A DNA stretch of 63,998 nucleotides, the filler included, from Basidiobolus ranarum (Eukaryota): the NCBI GenBank assembly GCA_040143965.1. It is 3 parts of 3 records of this genome, joined end to end, with 100 filler letters (N's around TTAATTAATTAA, not from the genome) between each part and the next. Parts side by side here need not be neighbours in the genome. Positions count along the whole stretch, not along the records: positions 1 to 22,244 come from JASJQH010007065.1; 2 more parts are not named here. One strand, given 5' to 3'. Position 1 is the stretch's first letter; every line of letters starts with the position of its first letter. The translations under genes were made by a program, and so were the position numbers. Positions 1 through 12,093 of the stretch are shown here, in pieces. Under the pieces are notes generated by a model, which was not told the origin of the DNA, did no database searches, and saw nothing but the letters and a program-made list of their open reading frames with translations.

Positions 1-429
1 ACTTTGAAGCAGCATTGGTGGTTCGAATCTAAACTTGCTGTGGAATAAGGAGAGAATCTTGCATCTCTCATATTCATCAACCGAACTCAGCCACAACTAT
101 ACATCACTGCCGATGTACCAGATGAGTCGATCGATGTGCTTACTGGATAGTTTATATTCTTTCCATTTCCAAGTTGACGACTGCTGAACAACAAAGAACA
201 GTCACGGGATCTGAAAGAGAGTTTCCTTTTGTAGCAATTACAACCACAATTACACCACTACGAATATAATGGAGATAATCGATTTCATTTTAGGCATTTA
301 CAAGTTCTCTAAACATTTCGACTAGTTTTCACTCACAGTGAATACCATATATAAGACCAGTCACTACCAAAACAGATCCAAACTTTATTCCACTGCTCTT
401 TGTCCATCCGTTCTCAGCCTCAGACCATT

Positions 430-948
430 ATGAATTTGTGCTTTCTTCTTAATCCTAGTTCACTCCACAATCTGAACTCTAGTGGAGTGTTCACAGGTAG
501 AGGAAACCCCTTTAGTGATACCAAAATATGCAACTGTTCTTGGCTCGGCTGTCAAAAGTCATTCAAACGAAATTCTGAATTGATTCGTCATGAACGTATT
601 CACACTGGGGAAAGACCTTATGAGTGTCCCAAGTGTTCTAAACGATTCATACAGCGCTCAGCACTCACAGTACATACAAGAACTCACACCGGAGAAAGAC
701 CACATCATTGCTCATTCTCAGGATGTGGCCATTCTTTTACCGACTCTTCTTCCTTAGCTCGACACAAGAAAAGTCATGATGGCCTACGTCCTTTTATCTG
801 CCAATACCTTGGTTGTGAAAGAGCGTTCACGCGTAGCCCCGCTCTACTTAAACATCAAAAGAAACATTATCGAGACTCAAACTACTCTACAGAGAGAATT
901 AACGGCGGTATACCACGAGAAGATTCCTTTGAATTAGCGATCTACTGA
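430..948 (+). CDS. Four-finger C2H2 zinc-finger transcription factor (paralog 1)
   Basis: Intronless ORF from ATG 430 (MNLCFLLNP). Four CxxC/CxxxxC...HxxxH fingers with TGERP linkers. Recognition helices [36 protein letters not shown]-like ATATAAG near 349. Confidence 0.93.
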   Translation: MNLCFLLNPSSLHNLNSSGVFTGRGNPFSDTKICNCSWLGCQKSFKRNSELIRHERIHTGERPYECPKCSKRFIQRSALTVHTRTHTGERPHHCSFSGCGHSFTDSSSLARHKKSHDGLRPFICQYLGCERAFTRSPALLKHQKKHYRDSNYSTERINGGIPREDSFELAIY

Positions 949-2445
949 TACACGTTACGCTAGAAACCTTTCCCTATGTAAAATAATGTAGTTTAATTCC
1001 GTTGATGAAATATTTAGTTTGATTTCATCTTATTCACTTCGTACTTGTACATCGTATCATGTAAATAAATTGCTATTAAACGGGCTATCTCCTTTAGACT
1101 ACTTACAACCTATAATTCAATGTACTCCATGATATTTATTTCTTTAGGTGACTACTCTAATTCAAAACACCACATGATGATGAGGAATATCACGCCAGGC
1201 TTAGTTTTCAATTAGAATTTCAGCAGTCTAGCATATGAAGAATATTATTCCAGTAATATTATGTGGCTCACACTATTACAGTGGTACATCGACTCAGTAT
1301 TGCTTTTAGTGATATTATAGCAATTAACACTTAATCCATTGCTTTCAATCCTACTGTTTGTTACCAGAAATCGAAGTTCGTAATATTGATAATATGCCCA
1401 TTTTTATGCAACATTTGTGATCTCCTTATTCTAAAGCAGTCACTAGGGAGTATAGGCAATCGCTATTTTTTTTCGACGTTGTCTAATTCTGGCTTTACTC
1501 ATGCTCTCCCGCACAAAGTTAGCCTTCCCCAATTTGTTTTACCAAGAAGTGAAACCTCATCAGCTTAATGGCGTTTGTAGCGAATTAGATTCATATCATG
1601 GTTAAGTAGAGAGGGGAAGTAGCTCAAGCATATTCTAAACCATCCAGTACTTATCCAGAGGAAAGAGGATTTCATATCCTTTTAAACCACAACCCTTTTA
1701 CATCTACCCGCCAAGGATGTAATGAATCTGCTGGATTGTAACTGGCAATTTAATCGGCAGAATGTCTGGTTATTATTGGCTTGGTGTCTATATAGGTATG
1801 TTTATGTTAATGGACATTATTTGGTTTCATTTGAAACGGTAGAACTTTGGCACAGTTGATACTAATGAAGGGATCCAATCGTATGAACGATGCGCTACCA
1901 CTGCTTCATCCTTACTTTTCCTATAAACTCTATTCAAATGAAATTGTAAAAGTAGGACTTGAATGCAGTATAGGATAGCATCCACTTAACAATGGAGTTG
2001 GCTACTCTATTGATACCAGGAGTTGATTCAATCTCTAATAGCTAATCATTGGTTTAGCTCCTACATCTGAATCTTTCATACAGACTCCCCCACCTGTGGT
2101 ATATAGCCTTCTAGATTGACGGAGTAAAAATAATTAAAATGTGCCATCCTATTAAACTGGAAGGGTGAGTATTCGAGATGAGAAAATAGAGCACTGCATT
2201 CTAGTTCCAAGCCTTAGTCATATTTTGCTCATTATACATTGAAATTTGCTCCATTGTAACTAGGAAAGTATCTCTCATGAATGATTGCTTACTAGTTTCA
2301 TTACAATTTCTAATATCCCTTCATACAAGTATTAAATCATAGCAACCACATGACTGGATAGAATATAGAGATGCTTAACATAGCAATAGTTATTTGTGTG
2401 TGGTGCCAACCTCAAATGCATCATTCAGTAGTCTCAAATTCAGTT

Positions 2446-2774
2446 TGTTGAAGTATTTTAGGAGCCTGTTGGAAGTGGTTTGGAGAACTAGAAAAATTGG
2501 ATGTTTTTACTTATTGATATAGAGTAGAAAGTTGACATTTATAGTTTTTTCAGGATGTAAGCAAACTAACGTATAGAACGAGTTAAGAAATGTCTCAGGA
2601 GCATGTGTATAAACTTGGGGGTCTCCAGCACAAGCTTGAATATATATATATATTTGAGAACTTTTTGGAAAATTCTTCCTGTGAATAGTGGGTGATATCT
2701 TGGTGAAACAGAGGACAACTATATACTAAGCTTTATATGACTATATAGGTATTTAGGTAATGCTACTTTTAACA
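2446..2774 (-). mobile_element. Solo LTR, window-wide ~320-bp family
   Basis: Reverse-complement match to the copy at 45760-46079. TGTTGAA...TTAACA termini. Near-perfect 5-bp target duplication CAGTT/GAGTT. Confidence 0.8.
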
Positions 2775-3906
2775 GAGTTATTACTGTTGCTGAACAATAG
2801 TAAGAACCTCAGAAGCTTGGTACGAGTCTGCAGTAGGTTTTCTAGAATTATTTAGCAGTATTCTTTGACGATCCACTGCAAATATTTGAAAATATTTGGC
2901 CATATGATAAGAAATGAAGATGAACACACCATGATAGATCAGAGTACAAAGTAAATCGAACTGGCATACACAAACAAATTAGTAAGGTAAGAGTTCAGAT
3001 GGAATGCCTTTGGTATTGTTGCATATTTTTGCTAAAGCTAATCTATCTTGACCAATTAGTATGATGATTATCGATCAGTTCAAGTAATACCAAGGAACAG
3101 TCAGATATCTTCTCCCCAACTTGGCATTATGAGCACCAAGGGGCCAGACATAACCAACCTCAAAATGCTCTTTATCTCTTACTTGTTATCCCCAGATTTG
3201 AACATGATATTTGATTTAATATATCTTATGCATGCTTATGTAATATCGAGATGTTCACATATAATGTTAAGAAAAGGAAAATCATCAAAGGTTGTACAAA
3301 CACACCAAGCTATTATCTGCTATTCCCCAATGCTTTTAAATCATTCACATTGTATCACTTGCCATTTATGATATGTAAATGATAAGAGAGTGAATCTAAG
3401 TCAAATACAATACTTCCCAAATATGTAGAATTTTGCATTATGTAATCATTTGTTACTCCATAACAATGGAACCAAAGTTATAGAGAAAAATTACCTAATA
3501 AAGCAGCTGCGAATGGAATAAATCTGAGTTGGGTTCTGTACTATGGTAAACCTTCTGATGAACAATCGATTGATACCAAGTTGATATGAGATATGAATAC
3601 AATATTGCCAAGTGCACTAGGTACAGAAAAATTAGTGCTTCAAGTGATAGATTGTTACATTAAGTGAACTCAATTTGGCCCATTTCTATCAAATGGGTAT
3701 TTCTTAGGCTGAACAACGCTAAATTGGCTTCTTCAATATCAAAAATAAGTGTTCATTTATTCCAAGATATTTATATACATTAATTCGGGTATTGAAATCT
3801 CCAGATCGTTCTTGACCAATTAATTTTTATCCATCAATATGGTGCAATAACACAAGAACGTGCAGGGTACCTTTTGCGCTTTTCAAGAGAGTAAAAAAAG
3901 ATTCTC

Positions 3907-6900
3907 TTAGCTAGTGGATGATTCGTTGACTTTACTTCTGTCCGACTGTAACGACTTGGCATATTCTAATTAGGTGAGATTTCTCATTTGATTAGATGGA
4001 ACTTTGAAATGATTTCGTTAAAGCTGTCACTTACTTATACCACATGGATTGCATAATGTTCTGGGACCTAGAGGGCCACGCCGCCATTCAGGAGAATCTT
4101 TTCGTTGGCACCACGTACAGCAATTATACACTGGTAAATGCCTCTTTTTCTGGACAAAATTGGATATATATGAATGAGTTTGCCAATGTAAAAGTATCAA
4201 AAACCAGAGGAAACATACTCGGCGTCTATTGGCATTTAAAAGAGTATCAAGCTCTTCTCTCAGATGTCGATTCGTCATTTTCAATTGATGTAATTCGTAT
4301 TGCCAGTTAGTAGTATGCTCAAGATTTAAGACGGAGAATGCATTATCTTCGCTAGCAGTTATTTGATTGGTTAGAGGAGATGGAGCTGTTGAGTCGTTTG
4401 AACTATCCGAATTCTCATCTGAGCAGTCATATTCCCGAGTTTGGGACAAGATGAATGAAGGACTTCCAGTGCGTACGGCGGTCCCTGGGTAAAATATACT
4501 TACAACGCTTATATACTCACCCTTCTTATTTTTAAGATTGTGTATTAATTTCACTGCAACTCCTTTCTCCGCTTGTTGAAATGCACGGGTTAATGCAGTA
4601 GTACGGTCGGACCGGACTAACTGGTAAAAAGAGGTTCCTTCCAACTCGGAGGGTACGTGACCGAGGATCTCTTGGCATGTACTGGTACAAAAGAGTATCA
4701 TGCCATCTATATAGAGTTTACACCAAAACTCTTTTTCAGTAAACCCGCCACAAATCTCTATAGCCTCCCGGGAAAGGTGGTAAACCGGTCTGGCGCGCCC
4801 TGTCAGGATAGCATATTTCCGACTTTTACACTTGTCCAAGTAGAGACGACCTTGAGCCTCGAACCACATATATCCAGACCTCTTACGCTTTATGCGATAT
4901 ATCATACTAATGGTACCCTGAGGTGCTTCTTTTAGCTCTCGTAAGACTGGTACCAAGTCGCTTGGTTCACATAAATCCGACAGTGAAGTGCCTACTAGCT
5001 CCTGGGCACTGTATTCTAAGATATCTTCACAAGATGGGGAACAATACAAGAAGATCCCCTTTAATGAAAGAACGTGAATAAAATCATCCGACTCTTCCAG
5101 AAGTATCGAGTTCCACATTTGCATAGCAACATCCTGATCTATGGTCTTTGAGACACCGAGAATCTTGTATGCTTCATTAGAAATTGGCCATTCATTCGAG
5201 ATTGCCGGTACGATGGATCTACAAAACTCCTGTGGTGATGCTTCAAGTACTAAAGTTGGAAACAAAAATCAATGAATTTACTCCACACTGCATACCGGAA
5301 TCAACTCAATATATAAAACGATGGTTAGTATAGAAGTAATGAACTACCTGTGCTAAGAATTTCTTGAATCGGGTTGGAAATGGTCGGAAAGTTCTCGATG
5401 TATGTTCCCTCTGATGTAGTCAATTTGGTTCAGTACCGACTGTTAGAATGTAATACAAAACAAGAAATCTACCTCGGATCTTCCCCAGAATCTGATGCGG
5501 TTGTTCAACTACATCCTAGTCAAGAAGGTGAATTAACAAGGCCTCCCTGATATGTGAAATATGATCACTAACCACTTGAAATCCAACGAAATGCGTCACC
5601 TCATCGTCATGCAAGGATATTGGGATGATGGTAAGTAAATTAACGAATGGCTACACCATGGAATAGGGCGTCAGTCTGCTCGTCCAATGGAACTACTAAA
5701 TGCTATTATCAAGATGAATCAAATCACATACCTGTCCTCCTTTCTTGTAATTAACAAGAGAGACTTGAACTTCCTTTCCTTGAAGAATATGGTTTTTCAT
5801 GGAATGGATTGTATTATTGTCAGTGTAGCGTCGTCGTGATCCAAGGGTGACTTGACCGTCAGGGGCTTGGAGAAATCGGCAATTTCGACCGACGGTTTCG
5901 TGGTACTGGTATCCTGTCAACATTTCGAATGATTGCGTAGCATACACAATAGGGAAATCATACTGACGAGCATCGGCTATAGGTGACACAGTCATGAATC
6001 AGTTCAGAATTATACAAGCAGGAGTAGTGTTGGTTGAAGACTATCTATAGAAGGGTAACGTACATACGACAAAGGCACAACTCATGTCCACCGGCCCAAT
6101 CTCGATTTGAGGATTAGGTCTTCAAATTCGAACCAATACGCAATGAGTTAATACAAACGGTCGTTTATTTCGGCCAAAATAACACGTAATTTGGATTCTT
6201 AGTAAAATAGTACCGACCTACTGGCAATTTTGGACTAGAAATAGAAATCATTATCAAAACATGCCTATTAGCGAGCATCATTTAAAGGCTACCAAACGTT
6301 TGATAACAGATATAATGATCATTGGAGAGTATCGTACTAATCCTTACCAGAATAGTTATCATATCAAACCCAGTTGTAGAGTAAAGCCCCGAGAACCCTA
6401 ATAAATCGCTCTCGCATAATGTATCTATATTGATATCATTAATAAAGATTGATCTAATAACCAATTGCAAATCACTAACCTGATGGTTGATCTTGACTGG
6501 AATACTCCAACGAGCTTGGGATGCCCAAATTGAGCAGGCTTAGATCAGCTTCGGTATCAAGTTGGAGACCCATTTCTAGCTCGCTCTCTACCACACAGTC
6601 CGTACTTTGTGAGGTATTAATATCATTGAGAGTATCTTTGGTATTATTTGTTTCAGCAGGAGAAACAATTCTAAATGAAGGCACTAAAGGTACAGACGTG
6701 GTTCTAGAGTTACTTCAGTAGAATAAATCGATATGAGTATTGCATATCTTTGATATGAATATATTGAAGCGAAGAGAGGAAAATGTAGTTGGTAATGAGT
6801 GTATCATAATTGCGTAGTTTGGAAAGTCCATTTCTGCACTGTGTAAATGAATTTGATAATCTCTGAATAGGTGAAAGTCGTATAACTCATATCCCCATAC

Positions 6901-7123
6901 ATTAGGTAGAACTCAACAAAGAAATGACTTACGATAGTGCATAATGTAAACTTAAAACTTACGAAATTATTGGCTGCGTAGGTAAGTCAGCTAAGGGTTG
7001 AGAGAAAACTTCTCCATTAGTAACGCTGTCCTGAGTTTCTTGATGGTAGTCATTGTTTGAAACCGAGTTGGCAGATATAAATGGAAACATGAGTTCATTG
7101 AAATGTTGGGAGTTGTTGGACAT
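3907..7123 (-). CDS. wc-1: White collar-1/MadA-type blue-light photoreceptor transcription factor (LOV, PAS, PAS, GATA zinc finger); multi-exon
   Basis: Exons encode GLYSTTGFDM, RPNPQIEIGPVDMSCAFV, LOV core GRNCRFLQAPDG with the photoactive Cys, HFVGFQV-DVVEQP, two PAS domains (4027-5265 ORF) and CTWC-X18-CNPC GATA finger. Likely start ATG 7123 (MSNNSQHF) before a GTAAGT donor; last exon YAKSLQ...STS stop at 3907. 5' exon structure is tentative. Confidence 0.92.
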
Positions 7124-7642
7124 CAACTCAGTGAGAAAGCCGGTAGTTGCTTATCGTTCCGATAGAAAAGAGTCACTCGAACGTTCAGTGTTACTGGCTC
7201 GATATGGGAAGTAGTGAGTTCTTTCTGGAGAGAGAGTGTCACTAGCTGGAGACTAGGTGATAAGGCGCTGTGCTTAGGGTTGGATAAATAGGGTCCAGAA
7301 ATATATATAGGCATGAACTTGAAAGTACGAGCAAACCTTTATTAACTTCGGGTGAGAGTACTTGCTCGACAAGATTTCAAGATAATGACGATGCTATTCA
7401 ACAGAGGTATCTAAGAAAAAGAGTATGCTGATAAGTGTTGGAAAGGCAGTTCATTGCCAGAAAGGCTCATATATCTGGATCATTTGAATTTGGTGACAAT
7501 AAAATAAAGGGTATAAGCCAACAAGAGGACACTTGGGTACTTGAATGATGTTGAGAATCATCTAAATATTGGAATACATGAACAAGGCTAGTCATAATAG
7601 GAGCAAATGGCCAAGAATGATAGAAATCACATATATTTCTAC

Positions 7643-8106
7643 GATCGATTCCCACCTTAATGCTTCCGATAAAATCGTCGGACTCTTAGCTAAATTTGTT
7701 CTACCAGCCCAAATTATTTCGGCAATAATGAGCTTTGAATCGATCGACCACTATTAAGTTCAGGATCATTTGCCGATGACGACTACTGGACTTGGTACAT
7801 TGTGGAAATATTTCCCAAAAGTGAATGTATGCAATTTTTCCCCTATATTTCTTGTCCGAATTCGATATTTTCTCACGAACTCTATGCAGAATTTGGCAGG
7901 TTCCTGCATTCAAATTTGCCGGTATCTGAGTGAGAAACAAGTAAATTGGGATACATATTGTAATCATAATCTATGCCCAAAATTCACTGATGATTGAAGG
8001 CCTGCATGGAGTATCAAACTCACCCGATCGATCAATATGCAGCATCAATCGGCACATTCGATAATTTTCTTAACAATAAGTTTGATTGAGAATTGATCGA
8101 GATCGG
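7643..8106. promoter_or_regulatory. Cluster of GATCGA motifs upstream of wc-1 (candidate light-response elements)
   Basis: GATCGA-containing sites at 7643, 7740 (TCGATCGA), 8026 (GATCGATC) and 8095 (followed by GATCGG), 520-980 bp upstream of the inferred start. Confidence 0.4.
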
Positions 8107-9395
8107 CAAGCCCTACACCACGCAATAATCAGTGAATATTGGCATTGTATCTAAACTTGTCTTCGAGTATCACATGGCAACTTAAGTGTAGCGGATTGTA
8201 CCAATCTATTCATTGCGATTAGATTAAGAATGAAGTTCAAGCAGCATAAACGAAGCGAAACAACCCAATGATTCATATTCCCCTTACCGTAGCCAACTAG
8301 AATAGTGCATGATATATATAATGTATAATCGGTGGAGGTCTGCCACGAGGTGCATGATTTGCAACTCAATATTTCCCCTACGAACCCCACGAGTCTAAGC
8401 ACATTTACTTAACTACTTCTCGACCTGGGGCATTCATGACCATGTCATAAAAATACCGGATTTCTTTGCCAAATCCATTTCTCGAGTCTAAAATGGTCCA
8501 AATCGTGGAGGCTAACAGGTACATTTTGTTGGTTGCAAAGTTTAACCCTTGTTTACAAGCACTCGTAACTGCTATCACAGCCCTATGCTAGAATACCTGT
8601 ATATGAGAATACAAGAGCTACCGCTGAATCTAGATTTGATCTAAATAATTGTTAGCCACTGAATTTGGTTTTCTCAATCCTACAAATATTAAATCGGCAG
8701 AAACGATCGGCTCTAGCTATTATCAAGAATATTGCTGCCTGGCTAATGATGAAGCACTGCTCTTATTAGAGTAGTTACACTTCGAAATCCCTCTGAAAGG
8801 GAATTCTCGGGTTAGAAAGGAGTATCTAGATTCAAATAAGTCATAATGACTCGTTCAGTATTCTGGGACTGCATGGCGAGGTGCTTGGTCCAGAACGTTT
8901 ACGTATGCCTTGATAAACGTGGGTAGTTGGCGGTCCTACAGCCCTTTTGTCGACGAAAGGCTCTCTTTCAGCTCTAGGTACTAAGTATTATGTAATGATT
9001 TTTGTTCAATTCCGATCATTAAGTTGCCGAGTCAGATTAGTATTTTCGCACTCCTAAACAAGAAAAAGCCATGATGGTGCGGAGTAATGAGGAACTCCTA
9101 AGTGTAAATCAACCAAATGTCTAATGCTTATATAACATAGTATAGAATGCTATTTATTGGTTCGTATAGATATGATAGCACATTCATCAATGTTTATGAA
9201 TATTATAATTGGGATTGCTCGGCAATGGTAATTGCATCGAACTCATATTTCTATTGGCATATTTCCACTAGACAAAACATTGCAACTCATCTTCAGGTTC
9301 TTAGAACTCGTAGCATGTAGAGACACACTTGTTCTACGTCCAACAACCTTCACGGTAAGTTTTTCGTGGAATGTGGTAATATGTAATGTATTGAC

Positions 9396-9914
9396 TCAAT
9401 ATGTCAATGTTCTCACGGCTTGGATCCTGTTCGCTGAGGTACGTGCTCTAGACCAGTAATGTGTGACAATAACTTGTTCTTCGTGCTTTCTGTGATGCTT
9501 TACAAGTGCATTTCGACGCGTGAAAGCTTTATCGCAGTCAGTGTATTGACACAAGTGTGGCCGTACTCCCAAGTGACCTCTTATATGGCGAGCCAGTGAT
9601 GAGGAGTCCCCAAAAGAGTAACTACAGCCTGCAAGATCACATGGATACGGTCTCTCTCCCGTATGAATTCGAAAGTGAACTGTCAAAGCTGAGCGTTGAA
9701 TAAATCTTTTGCCACATTGTATGCACTCGTAAGGTCTCTCTCCAGTGTGAGTTCTTTGGTGGCGGACCAACTCTGACTTTCGACGGAATATCTTGTTACA
9801 TCCATTCCAACTGCATTCATAATCCTTGATATCAATTGAGATTCCATTGTCAGGCTTCGATGTAATCGGATTTGATGTGCAAAGAGATGGATTAAGAATA
9901 TGTTGAAGATCCAT
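9396..9914 (-). CDS. Four-finger C2H2 zinc-finger transcription factor (paralog 2)
   Basis: Intronless from ATG 9914 (MDLQHILNP). Helices [32 protein letters not shown]. Confidence 0.93.
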   Translation of the reverse strand: MDLQHILNPSLCTSNPITSKPDNGISIDIKDYECSWNGCNKIFRRKSELVRHQRTHTGERPYECIQCGKRFIQRSALTVHFRIHTGERPYPCDLAGCSYSFGDSSSLARHIRGHLGVRPHLCQYTDCDKAFTRRNALVKHHRKHEEQVIVTHYWSRARTSANRIQAVRTLTY

Positions 9915-11544
9915 TGTATATATCAAGAGTAAGAAAAGGATAATGAGTAAGTACGATAAATTCCGATCAACCACAGCAATAATAACTTCTTCGGATGTGG
10001 TAAAGGATAAAGAAATCGGGCTTTTGTAAACAGTGGCTTCCAGAGTTGATATGACAAATCTACGAACAAACGTACGATATTTAATGTAGATTTCTGAGCA
10101 ACAACTACGATGCAGACTAACAATAATACTTGACCACTATTATCTCCTTGAACACTGCAATCCAATCTTGATTTACATTGCCTTCAACCAACAAGCATCA
10201 CATGTTGATCGTAGATGGATGATATCAAAAACGCAGGCCGATATCGTACTAGATCAGCAACAATGCCGATGCTTTTTCAAAAGTTGCACCCAGAGGTTGA
10301 GAAATGAAGCAACCTATCTTTAGAGTATGCTTGAATGTATAGAAATCACCCTCCTTCATTTGAGTTAACATTCAAGAAACGTTTGTATCGAAGCTAACAC
10401 CTCGGAAAGTAGGGTTTGCTGTAGGATCAGTTTGAGGTACATTGACCTCCCGAAAACCCATTAAATTTTCTTATTCTATGAGTTCATATATGGAACTAGT
10501 TGGTAGCTAACAGTGATTGGAAGAATTGTTTCATTCTCAAGTCAAGGGCCGTTCCTAATCTCCGTAACCTTGGAGAAGGCTGTATTAATCAGTGATCTTC
10601 GAGATAATCTCGATAGGAATTCTATATCAACAAGGGATTCAGCTGGCATGCGGACCATGTGTCTCATACAGTAAAGCAACCATGTACAAATGACGTTATC
10701 CTCAGCATTTTGGATGCGCTGAACTTTCATGTCAAATTATCTCACTGAGCAGGTGCACGGCATCCGTGCTCACGCTTCATGAGCAATTCAAACTCCGGCA
10801 ACACATCCAAGTAGCATGCTTGTAGATTCATGATGGAAGTGGGATTCCCTTGAGAGGAGGGGAAATGCAAGTCACTGAACAAGCAATATAGTTGAGATGT
10901 CGGCCATGGATTCTTTAGCAACGCTGGTACTGGAACTGAATTACACCACCATGCAGTGGAGAGATACTTAATGTAATGAACCGTTTAATGAATCAAACAT
11001 GGAGAGATACTATTTTAGAAACCCCCTTTGTGAGTGAATATGATGAATCAGAGTAGTGAAGAAATTGAGCCAATAGCGTAGCTGAGAACGCAGTGTGGTT
11101 GCAATTGACGCTCATTGGTGTCACGAGCTGTGTATTACAATGTTTATCATTTATCAACTACAGAGTAACTTGACAGGCTGGAGAACGAATGATTTGCCAA
11201 TCTATTTCCAGCGACTACTTCATTCACTATGATAGGTGTCAGAAAATGGCTGTTGGGTCAATACACTACACTTCACTATAGCAAATCTACCGATCTAAAT
11301 CCTAAGAATAGTGGGATCGACGGATTCATTTTGCTATAGATCTTTACGATCACGGGCATGAGAGACGTTGACTAGTGGCTGTAAGGTGGTATCTTTATAT
11401 GCATGTACAGTCAAGTTACCTCATTCAAGAGGAGCAATTGGATAATAAATAGAAACTATAAACAAAGTTGGAAAACCAGTTTTCTGCACTAGAAGACGAT
11501 GAAAAGATTTTCAAAATAAGAATCTGGCACTATTTTTACAATTA

Positions 11545-12093
11545 TCATACTTGAACATAAAGCCTCTTTGGATCCTGTAGAAGTCGAGTGGGGTATTCAG
11601 TCAAGGGCCGAATGTTCTGGCTTAGCGATTGACCAATATGTTTTTGCTGATGCTTAACCAGTGTAGTGCGGCGAGTGAATGATTTCTCACACTCGAGATG
11701 CTGGCACACATAAGGTCGGATGCCAAAATGACTTCTTTTATGGCGAGCGAGCGATGAAGAATCCCCAAATGAGCGCGTACAGTCTGGGTAATTACAATGA
11801 TGGGGTCTCTCTCCAGTGTGAATGCGAAAGTGTACAGTCAAGGCAGATCGCTGTATGAACCCCTTCCCGCACTTTTGACAGATGAATGGACGCTCCCCTG
11901 TGTGTATTCTCTGATGGCGAATTAGGTCTGAGTTACGACGGAATTTCTTATGACAATCTCTCCAAGTACAGCCAAACAATCTGTTGATTAAAAAATGGCC
12001 TCCACTTTCCGAGCTAGAGGATTCACTCATGCTCGGAGAAGGGCAATAAGGGGAGACATTGAGAGCCGGGTTGAGTATAAATCCAAGATCCAT
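11545..12093 (-). CDS. Four-finger C2H2 zinc-finger transcription factor (paralog 3)
   Basis: Intronless, begins MDLGFILNP. Helices [32 protein letters not shown]. Confidence 0.93.
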   Translation of the reverse strand: MDLGFILNPALNVSPYCPSPSMSESSSSESGGHFLINRLFGCTWRDCHKKFRRNSDLIRHQRIHTGERPFICQKCGKGFIQRSALTVHFRIHTGERPHHCNYPDCTRSFGDSSSLARHKRSHFGIRPYVCQHLECEKSFTRRTTLVKHQQKHIGQSLSQNIRPLTEYPTRLLQDPKRLYVQV

